This document shows positions 39,439 through 46,715 of a DNA stretch of 64,000 nt, one piece after another. The translations under genes and the position numbers were made by a program. The stretch lies in assembly GCA_934446065.1 (NCBI GenBank), contig CAKSDP010000002.1, forward strand, positions 17,101 through 81,100, read 5' to 3'. The number at the start of each line of letters is the position of its first letter. Positions within the stretch are counted from its first letter, which is position 1. The DNA comes from an uncultured Eubacteriales bacterium. GTDB taxonomy: Bacteria > Bacillota > Clostridia > Oscillospirales > CAG-272. The notes below the pieces were generated by a model, which was given only the letters and a program-made list of their open reading frames with translations, was not told the origin of the DNA and searched no databases.

Positions 39439-41640
39439 TTATGCTGTGGCTTCTGTGCCCGTCTCTGTATCTGTTTCGACGGGGCGGTATTTCTCGGGCA
39501 TTTCGCGCTGCGTTGCTCCGGGATCCGTCAGACAGTCGCGTACAGGGATCCAGTCGATCCATGCGGAATCCTCAAGGTTTTCCTGTATGGAAATAACGGA
39601 AACGGATTGGAGCTGATCAAGGCTGAAGCCGTACTTGCGGATTATCGAGACCATGTGATCGTAGTAAGCGTTCAGCTGCTCGATAGTTGCGGTGTCATTT
39701 GCGTCGTATGCGCGGAAATACGTTGAGAAACAGGACTCGTAGTAGACGTGGCACGAGAGCATCTCGCATCTCTTCTGCTGATCGGCGTTGTCTGCGAGGC
39801 TTACTGCCTTCTCAACAAGTCCGATCATCTTTTCGTAGTTCTCGGATACAAATTTTTCATTATATATCGAGTCCGGGGGCGAATTGTCGGCCCATACCCA
39901 ACAATGGAAGTAATCGACCTTGGACTGCGCTTCGATCCACAGATCAATGTATGCGCGGATATAGCGCCATCCCTCGCCGTACTCGATCTCAAGCTCCTGG
40001 CAAAGGAAATCATCGTATTCTTCGTCAGTCATGTCGCTCTGCCAGTTTATCTCACTCATGAGATTCTGCTCGACGCGCTTGATGCCGAAGAGGTAGGACT
40101 CGATCTCGCTGAACCAGCCCTTGATACCGATCTCTTTGAAGTAGCGGATATCGGGGAGGAGCGTGTGGATCACGGTATACTGATGAAGTCCGGAATCCAT
40201 TGCGTATGTCCAGACGTAAACATTATCGGTGACCTCAAGCCAGCGATTGACCCACTCTGCATCCTGGTGGTTCTCGTTGGAGGTGAATCCGTTGTCGTCC
40301 AATATTGAGCACTTTGAGCCGTCATACGGATGGTTTGCACAGTTACCGTTCGAGCAGTACGTGACGTGCAGGAACTCGTTGCCGGTGGTTACAGCCGGCG
40401 GCTTCTTCGCGCTAAAGTATGCGAAGATCTTTATGTAGAGGTGCGCGCCGGGATATGTTGCTTCAAGCTCTTCACCGAGTTTATTTGCAAACTGGACCAT
40501 CGGGCCTGCGTTTGATTTGTCATATCTCAAAACCGCAGAACAGTTTTTACAGTGGCAGAAGTAGTCGTTGTCGCCCATCGCGATGTCGATATCCTTGAAC
40601 TGTACGCCGGGAGTTTCGCCAGAAGCGATACGCGAGTTGATGTAGTGTGTTATGCTGCTGTACATAGCTTCAAACACGGACTCGCTTGTGAAGCAAGGCT
40701 GGAAATACTGATGGTTCTCGCCGTTGTTCCAACGGTAAGTTGTAAGCCCGTGGCAGGCCTCTCTGATCGGACCGTAGGAGGTCTGCGCGGCGGAGGGCGT
40801 AGCTTTGTCGTTTCTCACGCTGCTGAACCAGTACCATGTATAGGGGTTGATGTAATCGAGAGCAGGTATTTCGGTTTCGTCAATGCCCTCGGGGATCGCA
40901 ACGAGATCAGCTTCTCTCAGACGGGAGTCGCCGAACATGAGGTTGTCCCAGCCGCACTCGTTCTGGAGGAAGCGGTACACGGCGTTCATGCAGCCGCGAT
41001 CGACTGCGCCCTCGAATACGAGACTTCCGTCCTCTTCATAGTAGCGATAGCCGTCATCGCGGAAATCACCGTTGTCGGTGAAGCGGAACGTTATCTGATG
41101 CTCTGCCGAGGACTCTCCGAAAACTACGGGCAGCATTACGCCGCAAGCCTTTGCGATGAGACGCACAAGCTCGTCCTTGGCGAACTTCATGTTTTCGTTG
41201 TTATCGTTCGGTACAACGACCGTGAACTCCGAGATGTCGGTACCGAAAAGCGTGAGCTTTTCGATACGCGGACCCTCATGGAACGTCACATCCTCGATCG
41301 CTGTTCCGGCTTCGACGTTCTTCGCGTACTTGCGAACGGCGCGATCAAGTCCGCTGTCGGTCTTACCGAAGATGAGCGTCTCGGTGCCGATATTGCGGAT
41401 TATGTAGCCGTCGTCCTCAAAATCGGACATATCAATGCCGTAGTCCTTATCGTTTCCGAGACCGATCGTAACCTTGCCTACGTTGTCGCCGAGACGATCG
41501 TCAAGCCACTTGGCATACGAATCGGAGCTTGAGGAGGTAGATGAGGTGTGCGTAGATGAGCTGCTTTGCGATCCGCAAGCGGCGCAGCTCAGGACAGATG
41601 CGATGGTCAGGAATGCTGCGAGTGTTTGCTTAATTCTCAT
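39439..41640 (-). CDS. Cys-rich surface lipoprotein, paralog copy 2
   Basis: 733 aa from the ATG at 41640, aligned with the copy-1 start MRIKQTLAAF and preceded by a GGAG RBS. The track's 18-aa N-terminal extension covers the promoter. Roughly 80-90% aa identity to copy 1 by eye. Confidence 0.85.
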   Translation of the reverse strand: MRIKQTLAAFLTIASVLSCAACGSQSSSSTHTSSTSSSSDSYAKWLDDRLGDNVGKVTIGLGNDKDYGIDMSDFEDDGYIIRNIGTETLIFGKTDSGLDRAVRKYAKNVEAGTAIEDVTFHEGPRIEKLTLFGTDISEFTVVVPNDNNENMKFAKDELVRLIAKACGVMLPVVFGESSAEHQITFRFTDNGDFRDDGYRYYEEDGSLVFEGAVDRGCMNAVYRFLQNECGWDNLMFGDSRLREADLVAIPEGIDETEIPALDYINPYTWYWFSSVRNDKATPSAAQTSYGPIREACHGLTTYRWNNGENHQYFQPCFTSESVFEAMYSSITHYINSRIASGETPGVQFKDIDIAMGDNDYFCHCKNCSAVLRYDKSNAGPMVQFANKLGEELEATYPGAHLYIKIFAYFSAKKPPAVTTGNEFLHVTYCSNGNCANHPYDGSKCSILDDNGFTSNENHQDAEWVNRWLEVTDNVYVWTYAMDSGLHQYTVIHTLLPDIRYFKEIGIKGWFSEIESYLFGIKRVEQNLMSEINWQSDMTDEEYDDFLCQELEIEYGEGWRYIRAYIDLWIEAQSKVDYFHCWVWADNSPPDSIYNEKFVSENYEKMIGLVEKAVSLADNADQQKRCEMLSCHVYYESCFSTYFRAYDANDTATIEQLNAYYDHMVSIIRKYGFSLDQLQSVSVISIQENLEDSAWIDWIPVRDCLTDPGATQREMPEKYRPVETDTETGTEATA

Positions 41641-41661
41641 ATATAAGTTCTCCGTTAAAAT

Positions 41662-41691
41662 AATATACTTAAACAAGTTGCGAAATGTCAA
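41662..41691 (-). promoter_or_regulatory. Candidate promoter of copy 2
   Basis: Minus strand: TTGACA (41691-41686), 18-nt spacer, TATATT (41667-41662), then a GGAG RBS before the ATG at 41640. Confidence 0.5.
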
Positions 41692-41838
41692 CAAGCGCCT
41701 TTCAGCCGGTCATGGCGACAAATGACATCGAATCAAATTTGCCATGACGGTGCAGGCGCCCGTCAATATGACGAGCGCACCAGCGGAATAACCGTACTAT
41801 TTTGTTTGAATTTACATTCTCGACAGTACGGGAACGGT

Positions 41839-44043
41839 TTAAGCCTCGGTGCCGAACGAAGATTCGGCGGTTTCTGTGTCTTCAACATACTGTGCAGGAG
41901 GATCGCGGCGTTCTACGTCGGGATCGGAGAGACGATCACGTACGCTCGTCCAACCGGTCCATGCCTCCTCCTCGAGGGTGCGGGCGATGTTTGCCTTGAA
42001 GCCGTCTACCGTGGTGATAGCCTCGGGAACAAATCCGAGGTACGTCATCTTCGTGATCAGGTGATCATAGAGTCCGTTCAGATACTCGAGCTTTTCGGTA
42101 TCGTTTGCATCGTATGCACGGAAGTAATCAACGTAGCAAGCCTGATAGTAGGTGTGGAGAGAAAGTCTGCCGCAGCGGCGCTCCTGAGCAGCCGTATTAG
42201 CAAGGCTTTCAGCCTTCTCGAGAAGCGCGATCATCTCTGCGGAATGCTCGGAGACGAAACGCTCATTGTACATGGAATCGGGAGTGATGTGCGAGGTCCA
42301 GAGCCAGCAGTGAAAGTAGTCTACCTTCGACTGAGCCTCGAGCCACAGATCAATGTATGCACGGACATAGCGCCAACCGTCGCCGTACTCGTTCTCGAGA
42401 ATGCGGCAGAGATAATCCTCAAATTCGGCGTCCGTCATATCGTTTGCCCAGTTGAACTCATATCCAATCTGATGCTCTGTACGCTTGATGCCGAGACCGT
42501 GGTACGGAGCCTGCCAGAACAGACCCTTTATGCCGAGGCTCTTGAAGTAGAGCCAGTCAGCCTTGATGTTCTCAAGGACGGTGTACTGATGCATAACGGA
42601 GTCGAGGGCGTAGAGCCAGACATAGACATTGTCACAGATCTCAGTCCACTTGGTGAGCCACTCGGCGTCCTGATGGTTCTCGTTGCCTACAAATCCGTTG
42701 TCGTCAAGAATACTGCACTTGGAGCCGTCGAACGGGTGGTTGGAGCAGTTTCCGTTGGAGCAGTAGGTCACATATACATACTGGTTTGCCTTGGTAACTT
42801 CCGGCGGTTTCTTGCTCGAGAAGTATCCGAATACTTTGATCGCGAAGCTTGTGCCGTTGTAATCCTCGGCGAGCTGTGCACCGAGCTTGTTTGCAAACTG
42901 GAGCATTGCACCGGAGTTGGATTTGTCGTATCTCAGCACATTTGAGCAGTTTCTGCAACGGCAGAAGTAGTCGTTGTCGCCCATGGCAATGTCGATCTCT
43001 CTGAACTGCACGCCGGGAATCTCACCGCCTGCGATACGGCGGTCAATGTATTGTTCGATTGCTTCGAGGAAGCCCTCATAGATAGACTCGTCGGTGAAGC
43101 AGGGCTGGAAATACTGATACGACTCACCGGTCCACCGACCGATACCGTGGCAGGCGTGCTCGATCGGACCGTAAGACATCTGCGCCGGGGTCATGCCGCG
43201 TCTGTCGGTAGCATATCCTTCCCAAGACTCAACATATGGATTCATGTAGTCGAAGATAGGAGTTTCGGATTTGGAGAGACCCGCGTCGATCGTGATCTCA
43301 TCGGCTTCCTTGAGGTAGGATGCGCCGAAAATGAGGTTGAGCCAACCGCACTCGTTCTGGAGGAAACGGTAGACTGCGTTGGAGGCGCCGCGAGCGAGAG
43401 CGCCCTCAATGATGAGCGAGCCGTTTTCTTCATAATATTTATATCCGTCGTCACGGAACGATTCATCATCGGAGACGCGGAATACAATTTTATGAGCGGC
43501 GTCGGAATTGTCAACGGCGACGGGAAGAGTTACGCCGGTGGCAAAATTCATAAGGCGGACGAGTTCATCAACGGCAAAAAGGATATTTGCGTTGCTGCCC
43601 GAAGGATAAACGATCGTGAACTCGGAGATATCCGCGCCGAAAAGCGTGAGCTTGCCGATACGGTGACCCTCGTGGAACGTTACATCCTCGATCTCGGTTC
43701 CGGCTTCGACATTCTTGGCGTATTTGCGGACAGCACGGTCAAGACCGCTGTCGGTTTTACCGAAGATCAGTGTCTCGGTACCGATGTTGCGGATGATATA
43801 GCCGTCGTCCTCGAAATCGGACATATCTATACCGTACTTTGCGTCGTTGCCGACGCCGATTACAACCGTATCCTCGATCTCACCGAGACGGTATGTAAGC
43901 CACCGTGCATAGGAATCCGCATCGGATGACGTAGAAGAAATACCGGTATTGCCGCCGATATCTGCGGTGCCGGAGCCGCAGGCTGCAAGCGAAAAGATCG
44001 TTGCGCCGGCAAGAACTGATGCAATAATTTGTTTAATTTTCAT
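41839..44043 (-). CDS. Cys-rich surface lipoprotein, paralog copy 3 (most divergent)
   Basis: 734 aa from the ATG at 44043 (MKIKQIIASVLAGATIFSLAAC, classic LAAC lipobox), with a GAGGTG RBS. Same motif set as copies 1 and 2. Roughly 60% identity by eye. Confidence 0.85.
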   Translation of the reverse strand: MKIKQIIASVLAGATIFSLAACGSGTADIGGNTGISSTSSDADSYARWLTYRLGEIEDTVVIGVGNDAKYGIDMSDFEDDGYIIRNIGTETLIFGKTDSGLDRAVRKYAKNVEAGTEIEDVTFHEGHRIGKLTLFGADISEFTIVYPSGSNANILFAVDELVRLMNFATGVTLPVAVDNSDAAHKIVFRVSDDESFRDDGYKYYEENGSLIIEGALARGASNAVYRFLQNECGWLNLIFGASYLKEADEITIDAGLSKSETPIFDYMNPYVESWEGYATDRRGMTPAQMSYGPIEHACHGIGRWTGESYQYFQPCFTDESIYEGFLEAIEQYIDRRIAGGEIPGVQFREIDIAMGDNDYFCRCRNCSNVLRYDKSNSGAMLQFANKLGAQLAEDYNGTSFAIKVFGYFSSKKPPEVTKANQYVYVTYCSNGNCSNHPFDGSKCSILDDNGFVGNENHQDAEWLTKWTEICDNVYVWLYALDSVMHQYTVLENIKADWLYFKSLGIKGLFWQAPYHGLGIKRTEHQIGYEFNWANDMTDAEFEDYLCRILENEYGDGWRYVRAYIDLWLEAQSKVDYFHCWLWTSHITPDSMYNERFVSEHSAEMIALLEKAESLANTAAQERRCGRLSLHTYYQACYVDYFRAYDANDTEKLEYLNGLYDHLITKMTYLGFVPEAITTVDGFKANIARTLEEEAWTGWTSVRDRLSDPDVERRDPPAQYVEDTETAESSFGTEA

Positions 44044-44075
44044 AGTCACCTCAAAAATTACTATAACCTATGTCA

Positions 44076-44104
44076 ATTTTATCACATCTTTTTGCTATTG
44101 TCAA
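44076..44104 (-). promoter_or_regulatory. Candidate promoter of copy 3 (head of the array)
   Basis: Minus strand: TTGACA (44104-44099), 17-nt spacer, TAAAAT (44081-44076). Lies in an AT-rich divergent region shared with the PTS operon. Confidence 0.55.
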
Positions 44105-44260
44105 CAATATATAGTGCCAATATTGATAATTACGGCATATTTTTTATACATATGCGAAAATAGGTTTTAATATTTGCAAAATAATTATATTTTTCGGCGG
44201 CTCGGGCAAAATATAGATTGAAATTCAAGTTTGAAAATTCTCTTCTGGGAGGAGCTTACA

Positions 44261-44521
44261 ATGAAATTTATAAATCACACGGTCAAGGATGAGAACGGGA
44301 TCCATGCGCGTCCCGCAGGAGCGGTTGCGGCGGAGGCGAAAAAATTCTCGTCCGATATAACCGTGACCCTCGGCGAAAAGAGTGTAAACTGCAAAAAGAT
44401 ATTCGCCCTCATGGGTATGGGAATAAAGCACGGCGACACGATAAGGATAAACATAGACGGACCCGACGAGGAGGCGGCGCTCATTGCGATATCGGATGTG
44501 CTTCGCTCAGAGAGAATATAA
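44261..44521 (+). CDS. ptsH: Phosphocarrier protein HPr (variant lacking Ser46)
   Basis: The track ORF starts at 44231. The ATG at 44261 has a GGGAGG RBS and gives 86 aa. The active-site His15 context is NGIHARPAG. The position aligned to regulatory Ser46 reads VNCKKIFALMGMG, which places Lys there. Confidence 0.88.
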   Translation: MKFINHTVKDENGIHARPAGAVAAEAKKFSSDITVTLGEKSVNCKKIFALMGMGIKHGDTIRINIDGPDEEAALIAISDVLRSERI

Positions 44522-44539
44522 CGGCGGTGACAGATACAG

Positions 44540-46192
44540 ATGAAGATTTACAGAGGTAAAGGGATCGTTCCGGGGATAGTTATTGCCCCGCTGCACATTC
44601 TCGGCGGAACAAATAACGGGATCGCTCGGCGCGGCGGCGCGGCATCGAAGGATGAAGAGGCGGCAAGATATCGCGGGGCTGCCGAGACGGCGGCTGCGGA
44701 ATTTGCGCGGCTCTCGCGCCTCACACGGGAGCGTGCGGGCGAGGAGGAGGCGCATATATTCGATATCTACTGTGTGATGCTTGAGGATGAGGATCTCGGC
44801 GGCGAGATCCTGCGCAGGATAGATGAGGGCGAGAGCGCCGAAGATGCGGTGAGGGCGAGCGGAGATGCGCTTGCATCCATGCTGCGTGAGTCCGACAGCG
44901 AATATATGCGAGAGCGGAGCTACGACGTTGACACGGTGTGTGATGCCCTGCTCTCCGCGCTCGGCGGCGGCAGCGGATCGTTTGATGTGACGGAGCCGTC
45001 CGTCATATGCGCACGCGATCTTTCTCCGTCGGAGACGGTATCGCTCGACCGCGAAAAGACACTCGGGTTTGTGACCGCCGAGGGCGGCACAAGCTCGCAT
45101 ACGGCGATACTTGCGCGAGCAATGGATATTCCTGCGGTAGTTGCGCTCGGCGAGATGCCGGACGCGGGCGACGGCGGGATATGCATTCTCGACGGGGGAG
45201 ACGGAACGCTTACCGTTGCGCCCGACGATGAAACGATCAGCAAATACCGCGAGAAGCAGCGCGATTACAGGAATCGCATGGAGCAGACAAACAAGGTCAA
45301 GCACAAGAAAATAAAGATCGGCGGGAAAAATATCGAGGTTTTTGCAAATATTTCCGACTCCGGAGAATGCGGTGCTGCCATTTCACACGGCGCGGACGGG
45401 ATCGGGCTGTACCGAAGCGAATTCCTTTATATGAAATACGGTCGCGAGCCGAGCGAGGATGAGCAGTTTGAGGCATACCGTAATGCTGCGGAAGCCATGC
45501 ACGGCGCAGAGGTGATAATACGCACGCTCGATGCGGGTGCCGACAAGGAGATACCGTATCTCGGTATCGCACACGAGCCGAATCCCGCTCTCGGGCTTCG
45601 CGCAATAAGGCTGTGTCTCGGACGGCGCGAGCTTTTTTCGCGGCAGATACGCGCGATACTGCGGGCGTCAGCATTCGGGAATATTTCGCTCATGCTGCCC
45701 ATGATAACAACAATAGATGAGCTGCGCGCGGCGAGAGAGCTTGTCGCAGATGAGTGCGCGGCGCTTGAATCGGAGGGGATGGCATACGATCGCGCGATAA
45801 AGATCGGGATCATGATCGAGACGCCTGCGGCGGCGGTCTGCGCCGATACGCTCGCGTGTATGGCGGACTTTATTTCGGTCGGCACGAACGATCTTGTACA
45901 GTACACGATGGCGTGCGACAGACAGAACGGTGCGGTGTCATATCTGTGCGAGGGACTTACCGAGGCGGTGCGGCGGCTGATAGTTTACGTCGGCGAATGT
46001 GCCGAAGCGGCAGGTATCAGAGCCGGAATATGCGGCGAGGCGGCGTCCGACACTTCCCTGACTGAATTCTTTGTTTCGGCGGGATACACGGAGCTTTCGG
46101 CGAGCGCTCCGGCGATCCCGAGGATCAAAGCCCGACTTGATGCGATATCTTCCACGACTTATCTCGAGCTGTCGGATAATACTTTAAGCTGA
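44540..46192 (+). CDS. ptsI: Phosphoenolpyruvate-protein phosphotransferase (PTS Enzyme I)
   Basis: 550 aa. Phospho-His region GGTSSHTAILARAMDIPAV and the PEP-utilizing C-terminal region GLYRSEFLY...SVGTNDLVQY. Confidence 0.95.
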   Translation: MKIYRGKGIVPGIVIAPLHILGGTNNGIARRGGAASKDEEAARYRGAAETAAAEFARLSRLTRERAGEEEAHIFDIYCVMLEDEDLGGEILRRIDEGESAEDAVRASGDALASMLRESDSEYMRERSYDVDTVCDALLSALGGGSGSFDVTEPSVICARDLSPSETVSLDREKTLGFVTAEGGTSSHTAILARAMDIPAVVALGEMPDAGDGGICILDGGDGTLTVAPDDETISKYREKQRDYRNRMEQTNKVKHKKIKIGGKNIEVFANISDSGECGAAISHGADGIGLYRSEFLYMKYGREPSEDEQFEAYRNAAEAMHGAEVIIRTLDAGADKEIPYLGIAHEPNPALGLRAIRLCLGRRELFSRQIRAILRASAFGNISLMLPMITTIDELRAARELVADECAALESEGMAYDRAIKIGIMIETPAAAVCADTLACMADFISVGTNDLVQYTMACDRQNGAVSYLCEGLTEAVRRLIVYVGECAEAAGIRAGICGEAASDTSLTEFFVSAGYTELSASAPAIPRIKARLDAISSTTYLELSDNTLS

Positions 46193-46219
46193 AAAACGAA
46201 ATCGGAAAGGAAATAAACA

Positions 46220-46699
46220 ATGTTCAGACAGAAAACAAAAACGGCATATCTTTGTGCGCCCGTGACGGGTAAATCGGTATTGCTTGAGAATTCGCATGAC
46301 GAGGCATTTGCGTCCAAGCTTCTCGGCGACGGGGTCGCGATCATGCCCGTGGAGGGCGAATTCCGCAGTCCCGCCGACGGCAGGATCACTGGGATCGCCG
46401 AGGCGCGTCACGCATATACGCTCGAGACGCCCGACGGGCTGGAGATACTCGTTCATATCGGGATCGACACGGTGGAGCTTCGCGGTGAATTCTTCACGCC
46501 GAAGGTCAGTGTCGGGGACACGGTACACGCAGGCGATGTGATATGCGTAGTTGATACAGATGCGGTAACCGAGCGCGGATTCAGTCTCTGCACACCGGTC
46601 GTGGTATCGAACGCAGATGAGCTTTGCGAATTTTCGCCGATATACGGCGACATGATCGGCGGCAGCGATGCGGTCATCGAATACAAGGTGAGAAAATAG
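46220..46699 (+). CDS. PTS glucose-family EIIA component
   Basis: 159 aa. EILVHIGIDTVELRGEFF contains the EIIA-Glc histidine motif. Confidence 0.9.
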   Translation: MFRQKTKTAYLCAPVTGKSVLLENSHDEAFASKLLGDGVAIMPVEGEFRSPADGRITGIAEARHAYTLETPDGLEILVHIGIDTVELRGEFFTPKVSVGDTVHAGDVICVVDTDAVTERGFSLCTPVVVSNADELCEFSPIYGDMIGGSDAVIEYKVRK

Positions 46700-46715
46700 G
46701 AGGAAGGTCATAATT

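Larger units (their letters stand above)
37160..44049 (-). repeat. Head-to-tail tandem array of three ~2.27-kb gene units (paralog copies 1-3)
   Basis: The three consecutive ORFs align over their full length. Long stretches of nucleotide identity are visible by eye, for example 39030-39372 versus 41300-41640. Intergenic remnants are related to the copy-1 terminator sequence. Confidence 0.9.

Noticed and set aside
41641-41694. N-terminal extension of copy 2 in the ORF track (MLTFRNLFKYIILTENLY)
   Set aside because: The extension covers the candidate promoter and RBS. Copies 1 and 3 align only from MRIKQ/MKIKQ, so the ATG at 41640 is the real start.
40552-43929. Three long plus-strand ORFs (326, 407 and 292 aa) antisense to lipoprotein copies 2 and 3, with a related 145-aa one opposite copy 1 (38830-39267)
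   Set aside because: They look conserved among themselves only because the sense genes are paralogs. The sense strand carries the signal peptides, RBSs, promoters and coherent motifs. The antisense frames lack starts with RBSs and break at different points in each copy.
37123-44104. The triple array as a mobile element, or as a phase-variation or diversity-generating cassette
   Set aside because: There is no transposase, integrase or recombinase, no reverse transcriptase, no terminal inverted or direct repeats beyond the gene units themselves, and no template-repeat/variable-repeat pair with adenine-specific differences. The differences between copies involve all bases.
44105-44260. Catabolite-responsive element (cre) in front of ptsH
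   Set aside because: No sequence fits TGWAANCGNTNWCA. TGAAA-containing stretches such as TGAAATTCAAGTTTGAAAATTC lack the central CG and the dyad symmetry.
44507-45304. 265-aa minus-strand ORF opposite ptsI
   Set aside because: It is antisense to Enzyme I, which has an intact phospho-His region. It is a shadow ORF.
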